Positions 39,923 through 49,181 are shown, counted from the first letter of the stretch. The stretch: 50,086 nucleotides of DNA from Promethearchaeota archaeon (GCA_016930515.1 JAFGGO010000138.1:1-50086); one strand, 5' to 3'. The notes: a model not told the origin generated them from the letters alone. Program-made: numbers and translations.

Positions 39923-41431
39923 TCATTTTTTATTATAATTGCACGAAATTTGCTTCGGTATGATAACGATAAAGTTTGACCCGCTAGAAGGATCTCCTTT
40001 GACGCGATCTTCCACCCAAACCCTTCCCCGGTAGCTTTCTACTATCTTCTTTACCAGGGTCAATCCGAAACCCATTCCTTTACCACCCTTTAAAGACGCG
40101 TTCCCTTCTTGGAAGATTTGCTCTTTTTTTTCGTCTGGAACGCCTATTCCGTTGTCAAGGAATTCGATTTTAACATAATCCACATCTTCCAATGATTCCG
40201 TTGATATTTTAATGGAAATTTCAACAAGGGGATTATCGTTGTATTTAACAGCGTTCATGATGATGTTTTCAAAAACATTGGCGAGCAACTCGTTTGCTTG
40301 GGCAAAAAATAGATTTCCATCGAATTTGACATTTATATCGATCTTGGTGTTTTGGAATCCTTCTTTTACAAATTTAATTGCGCTCCTTAAAGCGTCACAT
40401 ACATCAACTGATTCGGGGGTAAAATATTGGTTTTCTATTTCCGATAATCTCCTAACATTCGAAACGAGTAAAGTTCCCCGGACAATTTGTTCTTTCATCA
40501 TTTTCACCAAATGGGTCAATTCATGAGCTTTTTCAGAGTCGTTTTGAAACAAGGTGAAAAGAGAAAGGGAAGTTTGAATGATGTGAAGAATGTTATTGAT
40601 ATCGTGTGTAAAGAGTTTTTTATAAAAAGATTCCTTTTCAAAGGCTTTTTTCAACCTTTCTTCGGCTTTCTTTTTTTCGGTTACATCTCTCGCGATTATA
40701 AGGTCCCTTTTTTTGCCTTGTCTATCGGTAAATCTCTTTCCTCTTACTTCCAGCCATATTTTTGATTGATTTCTAATGTGAACCGTTTCGTAGTCAAACT
40801 CGATTTCGTCAACCGGTTGACTGGGATGCAATAATTTTTTAACATCATCGATATTAGAGGAAGCAAACGCGGTCCATTTCTTTCCAAGGAAAAACTCAGG
40901 TTTTTCTCCAGTAACATCGTACACTTGAGGCGTGACATATTTGATGATACCTTTCATGTCTATCTCAGCAATGATATCAGATGTGTATTGAACAAGATTT
41001 TCGTATTTCTCCACATATTCTTTGAGTTCTACTTCAAATCTTCTTTGATCTACATTTTCACTTAATACAGCCATCGGGACAATTTTTTCGTTTAATCTTA
41101 CAAGAGCACACTTGAAAGAAGTCGGGACATAATTTCCATTTTTGTGTTTTAGACGAAAATCTAACGAAATGTTTTTTTCGGTCTTGATCACTTCCCTCAA
41201 TGATTTTTTTAATTTTTGATGGTCTTCGGGGTGCACATAATCTAAAATTGAATTTCCAAGAATTTCAGTTGATCGATATCCCGACACATCATAAATTTTA
41301 GGACTGATAAATACCACGGCGAGTTCTGAATCAAGTTCCATGATCACATCAGCTATGTTCTTGATAATGAATTCAATACCGTCCATATAACTTTGTTTTA
41401 GTTGGTTTTTATTGATTGCTACGATTATCAC
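39923..41431 (-). CDS. PAS-PAS histidine kinase
   Basis: Two PAS domains (YVHPED; IARDVTE), HDINN, ENIIMNAVKY, DNGIG and GKGMGFGL; start uncertain. Confidence 0.92.
   Translation of the reverse strand: MIIVAINKNQLKQSYMDGIEFIIKNIADVIMELDSELAVVFISPKIYDVSGYRSTEILGNSILDYVHPEDHQKLKKSLREVIKTEKNISLDFRLKHKNGNYVPTSFKCALVRLNEKIVPMAVLSENVDQRRFEVELKEYVEKYENLVQYTSDIIAEIDMKGIIKYVTPQVYDVTGEKPEFFLGKKWTAFASSNIDDVKKLLHPSQPVDEIEFDYETVHIRNQSKIWLEVRGKRFTDRQGKKRDLIIARDVTEKKKAEERLKKAFEKESFYKKLFTHDINNILHIIQTSLSLFTLFQNDSEKAHELTHLVKMMKEQIVRGTLLVSNVRRLSEIENQYFTPESVDVCDALRSAIKFVKEGFQNTKIDINVKFDGNLFFAQANELLANVFENIIMNAVKYNDNPLVEISIKISTESLEDVDYVKIEFLDNGIGVPDEKKEQIFQEGNASLKGGKGMGFGLTLVKKIVESYRGRVWVEDRVKGDPSSGSNFIVIIPKQISCNYNKK
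39990..40062 (-). repeat. 73-bp perfect inverted repeat, copy 2
   Basis: Identical to 38182..38254 on the opposite strand. Confidence 0.95.
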
Positions 41432-41811
41432 CCATTATTTATCAAGAGATTTTAACGATCGAACTTGATTCCAATGTTTATTGATAGTGCAAACCTTTAT
41501 TTAAAAAGTAGGTATTTTTTTTTTATTTCTTCCTTTTAACACGAACAAGTAATCCGATTTCAAGCAAGATCTACTGGAGTATTCTCCATAATTTCTCCGT
41601 ATAATCGCAAATTGATTCTATTATAAGAAGATCGAAAAACTTAGTAAGAATAAAAAGTACAATTTCGTAGAAATAAATTATAATGATTATTTTTCCGTTA
41701 TCGTAATTGTTTAAATAGTTATTAAAATAAAATTAATTGGGTCCCGTTGTTTAAGTAAAACTAAGAATAATTGTTATTAATTGCATAATTTACATGTAAA
41801 ATAATATCATC

Positions 41812-44067
41812 GTGAGCGAAAAGGAACAATTCGACGAAGAGCACATTTTTGAGTTTTTCGAAGACGATATTGAAAATAATTTAGAAAGCGAGATATTTAT
41901 CGTCAAAGATCATTACAAACCTGTGAATTTCCAAACCGATCTCAACGAAGAGCAACTTGAGATCGTGAATAATCTCAAGGGCCCCATGCTCGTCTTTGCA
42001 GGAGCGGGTTCGGGAAAAACTAGAACGATCGTTTATTCAGTTGCTAAATTATTGCTTTCAGGAGTAATGCCTCATGAAATCATGTTAGTCACTTTCACAA
42101 ATAAGGCAGCAAACGAGATGATTAGCCGTGTTGAATTACTTCTTGGAAAGCGCCCCAAGGGCATTTGGGCAGGGACCTTTCATTCGATTGCGAATAGATT
42201 CTTGAGAACTTATTCGGAAACGGCAGGTTTGAAACCAAATTACACGATAATGGACGATAGTGACTCAAAAGCACTCATGAAACTTTCGATTGCGGCTTCT
42301 AATGTGAAAGAAGTAAAGAAACGCTTTCCAACGGCCTCAATGGCAAAGGATATCCTTTCGTATTCTATTAATTGTAATAAAACGATTAAGGAGGTCATTT
42401 TATGGAAATACAGTCAATTCGAGGGAGACTTGATCGAAAAAAAGCTCAAGGAGGTGTATCAAACTTACGCTCGGAAAAAAGCGGTAGACGGCTTGCTCGA
42501 TTTTGACGATCTCCTCGTTTTTTGGAACAAGCTATTAGACGAAAAATTTATAGCAAGACTGGTTGCTAACAAGATCAAGCACGTGTTAGTTGACGAGTAT
42601 CAAGACACGAATTACATCCAGGACGAAATTATTCGAAAAATTGTTGCTCAGAATCCCGATTGCAACATGGTAGCTGTTGGGGACGACGCACAAAGCATCT
42701 ATGCGTTTAGAGGTGCCAATTTTCAAAATATATTAACATTTCAAGACAAGTACCCAGAATGCAAGGTATATAAGATCACATATAATTATCGCTCAACGCC
42801 TGCTATTTTAACCCTCGCGAATGATTCCATAAGCAACAACAAGCACCAATTCGAAAAACGGATGAAAGCCGTAAGGCAACCAGCAGTGAAACCGTTTCAA
42901 GTAAGTGTTGGAACTGAGGAGGACCAAGCACGATTCATATCAAACCAAGTCTTAAAATTACGGCAGGAAAACATTGATTTACAGGATATGGCGGTTTTGT
43001 ATCGAGCAGGGCATCATTCCATGAAAATTGAATTAGAACTTCAAGCAAAAAACATCCCTTACGAAGTGAGATCGGGATTGGCATTTTTTGAGCGAGCACA
43101 TGTGAAAGATTTGCTCGCACACTTGCGCGTTATTGACAATCCGTACGACGAGTTATCTTGGGCGCGTATATTTAACATCGTTCCTGGGATCGGCTCCACA
43201 TCGGGAGCGAAGATATTTGAAAGAATTTCAAAAACGCCACATCCTGCGATAACAATCGTTAGCTCGGATTTTTTTTCTAAAACAATGAAAGGATGTAGAA
43301 TTCAATCAATTGGTAGGAAAAATTTGATAAATCATGTGAAATATTTCGTCGATTATGGTCCTGAAGATGATCCACATGAAGTCGTGCTTGACTTGGTTAA
43401 ATTACTTGAAAAAAACGTTAAATCGAGCTATAACGATTGGGAAAATAGGATAGAGGACTTGAACCAATTAGGAGCGTACGCCCAGAATTATTCGTCCATT
43501 CAGAAATTTTTAGAAACTCTTAGTCTCAATCTTTCGAATATCGAATCCAAAACCGTGAGATCTGGAGAAGATAAGAGAGAAAAAAAACCAATGGTTCTTT
43601 CAACAATTCATCGCGCAAAAGGACTAGAATGGAAGGTTGTGTTTATTCCCATGTTATGTGAAGATCTCTTCCCTTCAAGCAGGGTTTACGATTTAGAAGA
43701 GGAATTTGAAGAAGAAAGAAGAGTTTTTTATGTAGCCGTTACTCGTGCTAAAGATCAGCTTTATTTAATATCCCCTTCTGTTATCCAATCCTTTCGAGGA
43801 ATACAGGCGGCAGCGGTTTCCCAATTTGTTTCAGAATTACATCCAAGGTCATACAAAAAATCTCGAGTCGACTTTAAACCAAAATACAACCCGTCTCAAC
43901 CGAATAATGATTGCGACCTATCAGCTCACTTTAGCACGGGTTTTGAAGTAATGAATAAAAAATCGACGGAAACACAAGCAAATCAAACGAATATTGAAGG
44001 GACTGCAAGCCCGGAAAAAAAAAAGGAATTTAAATCAATATTAGATTTCACCTATAAAGACGAATAG
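41812..44067 (+). CDS. uvrD: UvrD/PcrA ATP-dependent DNA helicase
   Basis: AGAGSGKT, TFTNKAA, VDEYQDTN, VGDDAQSIYAFRGA, NYRS, STIHRAKGLE and EERRVFYVAVTRA motifs. Confidence 0.95.
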   Translation: MSEKEQFDEEHIFEFFEDDIENNLESEIFIVKDHYKPVNFQTDLNEEQLEIVNNLKGPMLVFAGAGSGKTRTIVYSVAKLLLSGVMPHEIMLVTFTNKAANEMISRVELLLGKRPKGIWAGTFHSIANRFLRTYSETAGLKPNYTIMDDSDSKALMKLSIAASNVKEVKKRFPTASMAKDILSYSINCNKTIKEVILWKYSQFEGDLIEKKLKEVYQTYARKKAVDGLLDFDDLLVFWNKLLDEKFIARLVANKIKHVLVDEYQDTNYIQDEIIRKIVAQNPDCNMVAVGDDAQSIYAFRGANFQNILTFQDKYPECKVYKITYNYRSTPAILTLANDSISNNKHQFEKRMKAVRQPAVKPFQVSVGTEEDQARFISNQVLKLRQENIDLQDMAVLYRAGHHSMKIELELQAKNIPYEVRSGLAFFERAHVKDLLAHLRVIDNPYDELSWARIFNIVPGIGSTSGAKIFERISKTPHPAITIVSSDFFSKTMKGCRIQSIGRKNLINHVKYFVDYGPEDDPHEVVLDLVKLLEKNVKSSYNDWENRIEDLNQLGAYAQNYSSIQKFLETLSLNLSNIESKTVRSGEDKREKKPMVLSTIHRAKGLEWKVVFIPMLCEDLFPSSRVYDLEEEFEEERRVFYVAVTRAKDQLYLISPSVIQSFRGIQAAAVSQFVSELHPRSYKKSRVDFKPKYNPSQPNNDCDLSAHFSTGFEVMNKKSTETQANQTNIEGTASPEKKKEFKSILDFTYKDE

Positions 44068-44176
44068 AGGAATTCTCATTTGCTTTAATTCAATCGTTTT
44101 TATAAGGACTATATCCATATTTCGTAGATTTTCAATATTTCATAAAACGACACGATCGTTGAATAAAAGCAATAAG

Positions 44177-44238
44177 TTTATTACAGTGATAGTACTTTAA
44201 ATCTTAGCACGCCTTTTTAAAGCAAACGACAGCGTGCT
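44177..44238 (+). promoter_or_regulatory. Putative promoter and 5'-leader hairpin of the cold-shock gene
   Basis: TTTATTAC at 44177; perfect stem AGCACGC (44206-44212) / GCGTGCT (44232-44238) beginning at the expected transcription start. Confidence 0.5.
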
Positions 44239-44257
44239 TATTCGCAAGGTTTTAAAC

Positions 44258-44518
44258 ATGGCAAGTGGAACAGTTAAATGGTTTAACAGCAAGAAAGGAT
44301 TTGGTTTTATCGCTTCTGAAGAAGGAGAAGATATTTTTGTTCATTTTACGGCAATAAAAGCCGAAGAAAACGAATATAGAACTTTACACGAAGGGGATAA
44401 AGTCAGTTTCGACGTAACTGAAGGGCAAAAGGGACCTCAAGCATCTAATGTTACGGTCACAGAACGTGCTCCAAGACAACCACGGGGCGGCGGTAGGAGG
44501 GGACCTTCTCGATATTAA
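44258..44518 (+). CDS. cspA: Cold-shock domain protein with Arg/Gly-rich tail
   Basis: GTVKWFN.KKGFGFI, DIFVHF and [10 protein letters not shown] motifs; tail [17 protein letters not shown]; ATG at 44258. Confidence 0.93.
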   Translation: MASGTVKWFNSKKGFGFIASEEGEDIFVHFTAIKAEENEYRTLHEGDKVSFDVTEGQKGPQASNVTVTERAPRQPRGGGRRGPSRY

Positions 44519-44637
44519 AAGTAAAAATTACGAGCAAGAACCTTTTATAAATTTTTAAATCGTAGGAATGATAAAAATGAACCCTTGGTGTAAGGGAACT
44601 AATTATTGATTCTTACTTTTTTTTTCTCGTTTGTTAT

Positions 44638-45459
44638 TCAACCAATAAGTTCCCAATAGGATGGTGAATAATGTCGATCGATATAATTTTTAATTAGAGA
44701 TAATATATCCTTGTCTATATGCAGTAGTTTCGTCTCATGTTGGAGTTCTGCGAGAAATTCTGATTTAGATATGAGCCTTCCATGTTCAAGGATTTTTCGA
44801 GCACCTTCTGCAAGACGCGTGAATTTCGATAATTCTTGTTGAAGAAGAATCAATTGTTCAGCGGGATTTATAATTTCGAGAGCAATATTTAAATTCGTTT
44901 TAATAAAATCTAAGCGGCCTTTCCAAGGACATTGAAGAATTTCGTTCTTAATACCAATTATTAAAACACCAGGTTCGTCGCGCAATACTTTTGAAAGCTC
45001 AATTTTATCAATAAAGAAAATTAGATTGTCGTGGTGGTGGTTTTCGCGGAAAAGAAATTTTAAAAATGAATCTAAATTCTTGATAAACTCCTTATTAAAA
45101 TTATTTTTTATAACATACGCTTTATACTTAAATATGAGTGCGTGTAATAAATGCATGATTACTTTTTTTCCAAATATAGAAATAAAATCTCCTAACTTGA
45201 TATCTATATAAGCACTTTCTTTTGGCACAATCGGTGACATTAAATATTCAATTTTTTCGTGCCCTCTTACGATGCCCTGAGAATCCAAGAGCACTATAAA
45301 GTGATGATCCTTACATATCGCCCCAGCGGGAACTTGTACCTTAATAGTACCCCATTTTTTATGCTTGAAAATAGCTACGGGAATTTTTATTTTTCCAATG
45401 GCTTTACAAAAAGGACAGGTTACTTCAATTTCATTAGTCTCGAAATCCATCGGTTTCAT
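44638..45459 (-). CDS. Zn-binding module plus DENN-like domain (paralogue 1)
   Basis: CPFC...CKDHHFIVLLDSQGIVRGHEKIE, then LGDFISIFGKKVIMHLLHALIF. Confidence 0.7.
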   Translation of the reverse strand: MKPMDFETNEIEVTCPFCKAIGKIKIPVAIFKHKKWGTIKVQVPAGAICKDHHFIVLLDSQGIVRGHEKIEYLMSPIVPKESAYIDIKLGDFISIFGKKVIMHLLHALIFKYKAYVIKNNFNKEFIKNLDSFLKFLFRENHHHDNLIFFIDKIELSKVLRDEPGVLIIGIKNEILQCPWKGRLDFIKTNLNIALEIINPAEQLILLQQELSKFTRLAEGARKILEHGRLISKSEFLAELQHETKLLHIDKDILSLIKNYIDRHYSPSYWELIG

Positions 45460-45550
45460 CGAGTTAAAAGAATTTTCTCAAGTAAAGTAATCACTTTACA
45501 CTAACACGAATAAAAATGAATAGTTATTAAAAATTTTGACTAGAATATTA

Positions 45551-46369
45551 TTATTTTTTTGTTATCTTTTTCCAGTATGATGGAGAGTAATGACGATTTA
45601 AGAACAAATTCACCAAAGAAAGCTTATTCTTATCAATTTTTGAGATTTTTGATTTTTGCTGAAGCTCAGTAATAAATTCAGACCGAGGGACGGTTTCGTG
45701 CGATTCGAGAATTTGTTTTGCTAAATCTCCCAACGCAAAGAATTTGGCGATTTCCTGCTGAAGAATCACTACCTGTTCAGCTGCGCGAATTATCTCTAAG
45801 GATTTAGTTAGGATGCTTTCGGCAAAGGCGATTGATTCTTTCCATGGCCGATGGATTATTTTATTCTTTGCATTGATTACTAAACCATCTTTTTTAAGAT
45901 CGCTCATATTGACTGACTCGGCCTCTTCAAGAATAACTAACTTATTTAAGTCCCGATATTCTTCAGGTAATAGAAAATAAAAAAATGAACAAATTTCTTG
46001 GTATTTAACAGCCAATAATTTATTGGATTGCATGAAAATCCTGAAATTAAACATCGTTGCGTGAATTAAACACGCCATCCCTTCAAAACTAAAGAAGGAT
46101 ATGAGCTCGTTAAGAGTTAAACTCGACCTTCTATCCCTATTTTCGTCTGAACGGGTGAAACTCTCAATCTTTTCGTGCCCTCTCACGATTCCCTGAGAAT
46201 CAATGAGTGCAATAAAGTGATGTTTACCGCAAATAGCTCCCGCAGGAACTTGTACTTTTATAGTGCCCCATTTTTTAGAAGACAATACTGAAGCGGGTAT
46301 TTTTATGTTTCCAACTGCTTTACAAAAGGGACATTCTACTTCTATGGAGTAAATATTTTCAGGATCCAT
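45551..46369 (-). CDS. Zn-binding module plus DENN-like domain (paralogue 2)
   Basis: CPFC...CGKHHFIALIDSQGIVRGHEKIE; shares RHYSPSYW ending; start at MDPEN chosen by alignment to paralogue 1. Confidence 0.7.
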   Translation of the reverse strand: MDPENIYSIEVECPFCKAVGNIKIPASVLSSKKWGTIKVQVPAGAICGKHHFIALIDSQGIVRGHEKIESFTRSDENRDRRSSLTLNELISFFSFEGMACLIHATMFNFRIFMQSNKLLAVKYQEICSFFYFLLPEEYRDLNKLVILEEAESVNMSDLKKDGLVINAKNKIIHRPWKESIAFAESILTKSLEIIRAAEQVVILQQEIAKFFALGDLAKQILESHETVPRSEFITELQQKSKISKIDKNKLSLVNLFLNRHYSPSYWKKITKK

Positions 46370-46628
46370 GATAAAATCGTTTGATGAGATTAATAACTGT
46401 CCAGATAAAAACTTGAACAACAAATTGATCAGATTTTATACTTTAACAACAAACTCATACAACTATAAAAAATTCCTAAATTTAAAAATTAGTAAAAAGA
46501 TAAGCAAAAAAATCATTTAGAAATTTTATTTTCGGGAGTCAGGATAATTCAAATTATTTGTGAAAGCTTCTTTTCAAGTTTAAATAAAGAGAAATATATT
46601 AAACAAATTAGCAACTATTATAAAGTGA

Positions 46629-47492
46629 ATGATTGAGCTTGACTCGTTGGGTTATATTTCGGAGATATTTTCTTCCCTCCAAGGAGAGGGAGGAACTGTA
46701 CGAGGGAGTTGCTTTGGAAAACGACAGATTTTCGTGCGATTTTCGGGATGCAACTTGATACAGGGAGATGATGAATCAACAGGATGTTTTTGGTGCGATT
46801 CTCCCCGTGCTCAGCGTTTAGAGGCCGGAGCATTCACATACGAGACAATGCCTGGCACCCAACACCTTGCTAGCGCCGAAAGTCCAATTAGAATTTCAAA
46901 AATCGTTGATATAATCGAAAATTTGTCAACACCCGATTTGCATTCGATAAGCTTTACTGGCGGAGAACCTCTTTTTCAATTCGAAGTAGTTGACAAGCTA
47001 TCAAGGACTTTAAGGGAGAAAGAGTGGTCAACTCCTTTATATTTAGAAACAAATGGAACCATTCGTCTTACAGACGCACAATTATCAACGATAGCAGAGA
47101 GTTTCACCTATTGTTGCTGCGATATTAAGGACAGAAGTGCTAAAGTGACATCAAAAGAAGATGATTGGAAGAAACTCGTGAAATCTGAACTCAAATTTAT
47201 AAAGCAAATGGCAAATCGAGGAGTGGAAGTCTTTGCAAAACTAGTAGTAACAGCTGACTCTAAGATAGAGGACATCCTATGGATAGCAGAGCAACTCTCT
47301 AAGATCCGTCTTGGTGATGGTCAAGTAGTCGGGCTTGCGATTCAGCCCGCCGTATTAACAGAAAAATATGCGAAAAAATATTCCATTAGTTCGAGACAAT
47401 TGCATCAAATATTCGAATCTGTGGTAAGATTCGTGCCCATCGAAAGCCTGAGCTTATCGGTCCAAGCCCATAAAATGATCGGCTTGTTTTGA
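46629..47492 (+). CDS. queE: 7-carboxy-7-deazaguanine synthase (radical SAM)
   Basis: ISEIFSSLQGEG, FVRFSGCNL...CFWCDS, SFTGGEP, LETNG and QAHK motifs. Confidence 0.92.
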   Translation: MIELDSLGYISEIFSSLQGEGGTVRGSCFGKRQIFVRFSGCNLIQGDDESTGCFWCDSPRAQRLEAGAFTYETMPGTQHLASAESPIRISKIVDIIENLSTPDLHSISFTGGEPLFQFEVVDKLSRTLREKEWSTPLYLETNGTIRLTDAQLSTIAESFTYCCCDIKDRSAKVTSKEDDWKKLVKSELKFIKQMANRGVEVFAKLVVTADSKIEDILWIAEQLSKIRLGDGQVVGLAIQPAVLTEKYAKKYSISSRQLHQIFESVVRFVPIESLSLSVQAHKMIGLF

Positions 47493-47602
47493 CTTGATTT
47501 ATGAAATGTACCGTAAAATATAACAAATACAAACAATTTACATATCTTAGAGCTAAACTAATTTCTTATTGCTATCAGATTATATCAGATGTGAAATAAT
47601 AG

Positions 47603-48058
47603 ATGGGATACAAGGTTATCGTTCACGAATCCAAGGTGAAATTTTCGGCCAGTCACTTTTTAAAAGAACATTTCAAGTGCTCGAGATTGCACGGGCATAA
47701 CTATTACGTATCGGTCGAAGTGAGCGATGATTTGGACGAGAACTACTTCGTGGTCGATTTCATGGAACTCACGCAAAAACTAAAAGCTATAGTGGAACCA
47801 TTGGATCATTATGTGCTCATACCAACGGAAGCAAAAGAGATCACGGTTAATCGGACGGAATATTCCGTGGAAGTGTTGACTCCTTCAAAAAGATATGTGT
47901 TTCCACTTTCGGATGTATGTTTCTTGCCTTTACCTGCCACTACAAGCGAACTTTTGGCAAAATACATTCACGACCAGTTAAAAATAATTTATAAAAATAA
48001 GAAATTACTCGTAAAAGTCGGCGAAAGCAAGAGCTCCCTTGCTTCCTACGAGGAATGA
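47603..48058 (+). CDS. queD: 6-carboxytetrahydropterin synthase
   Basis: FSASH...CSRLHGHNY, VVDF, LDH and TTSELLA motifs. Confidence 0.93.
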   Translation: MGYKVIVHESKVKFSASHFLKEHFKCSRLHGHNYYVSVEVSDDLDENYFVVDFMELTQKLKAIVEPLDHYVLIPTEAKEITVNRTEYSVEVLTPSKRYVFPLSDVCFLPLPATTSELLAKYIHDQLKIIYKNKKLLVKVGESKSSLASYEE

Positions 48059-48185
48059 TATTATCATTTTTCATATTCTTCAATAGATGTAAGTAAATTT
48101 TATGTGTTATACTATGTTTTATCAATTAAGTCTATTAATTTCATAATGTTTGAGTGCTTTTCATGTTCTTTTAAAAACACGATAG

Positions 48186-48887
48186 GTGAAAATAACGCAT
48201 AGAAAAAACGAAGCGGCCTTGGTCGTGCTGTCTGGTGGACAAGATTCTACAACTTGCCTCGTGTGGGCGTTAAAAAAATTCCAATTAGTATCCGCAATAA
48301 CATTTAACTATAAGCAGAGACACGGCGTTGAAATCGATTGCGCTAAAAAAATTGTTGATATTATAAATTTAACAAGTGAAAAAAAAGTTAATGACCATCA
48401 AATCGTCGACATTTCTTTTTTTTCCGATTTAGTTCAATCTGCAATGATTCAAGAAACTGAAATTACCTACAACACCGAAACATCGCTTCCAACAACGTTC
48501 GTTCCTGGCAGAAATATAATATTCCTCACGATTGCCGCCGCAGTTGCGTATCAAAAAAGGATAAAGCACTTAATTGCAGGGGTTTGCCAGGAGGATTATT
48601 CGGGATATCCCGATTGTAGGGACGCAACGATTAAGAGCCTTCAGGCAACGCTAAAACTTGGTCTGGATTACGATATTATAATTCACACGCCTTTAATGTG
48701 GAAAAACAAGTCCGAAACGATTAAACTCATGCAAAAATTAGGAAGAATCGATCTTTATAAGTACACGCATACATGTTACGAGGGAAAACGACCAGCTTGC
48801 GGAAAGTGTTTTGCTTGCGAGCTTCGCTTGAGAGGATTCAAGGAAGCAGGACTTATTGACCCATTAGAATACGAAAATACGAGATAA
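48186..48887 (+). CDS. queC: 7-cyano-7-deazaguanine synthase
   Basis: LSGGQDSTT, FVPGRN, SGYPDCR and TCYEG...CGKCFAC.LR motifs. Confidence 0.96.
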   Translation: MKITHRKNEAALVVLSGGQDSTTCLVWALKKFQLVSAITFNYKQRHGVEIDCAKKIVDIINLTSEKKVNDHQIVDISFFSDLVQSAMIQETEITYNTETSLPTTFVPGRNIIFLTIAAAVAYQKRIKHLIAGVCQEDYSGYPDCRDATIKSLQATLKLGLDYDIIIHTPLMWKNKSETIKLMQKLGRIDLYKYTHTCYEGKRPACGKCFACELRLRGFKEAGLIDPLEYENTR

Positions 48888-49181
48888 CATTGATATTGTG
48901 TAAAAATAATTCTTAAGGGAATGAAAAATAATAAATCTGGTTATTTAAATAAATGTTCGGAAGATCGTCCTCTATAATTATAAGCCATCTATTTGATGTA
49001 AACGAGGAGACATGATCAAGCGAGACAAAAGAAAAACTATCTAATGATAGAAAATTTTAGGATAGAGATGCCACGAAAATGCATTTTACGCGCTTTTTGA
49101 GAATTATTTTTGTTTGTAGCACTAACACGAACAAAGTGTATATAACCAAGCCTTTTAAAAATTAAAAGGTTCAGTTAATAT

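Noticed and set aside
38182-40062. Transposon terminal inverted repeats or DGR template/variable repeats
   Set aside because: The repeats are in-frame kinase coding sequence; there is no transposase or reverse transcriptase and no adenine-specific mismatch.
44562-44616. SECIS element or fluoride riboswitch
   Set aside because: The upstream csp gene has no in-frame TGA and helix II is poor. The fluoride motif's P1 pairing is missing and no co-oriented gene follows.
46629-48887. Dpd-type 7-deazaguanine DNA modification/defence island
   Set aside because: No dpdA/tgt-like or restriction genes nearby; tRNA modification is the simpler explanation.
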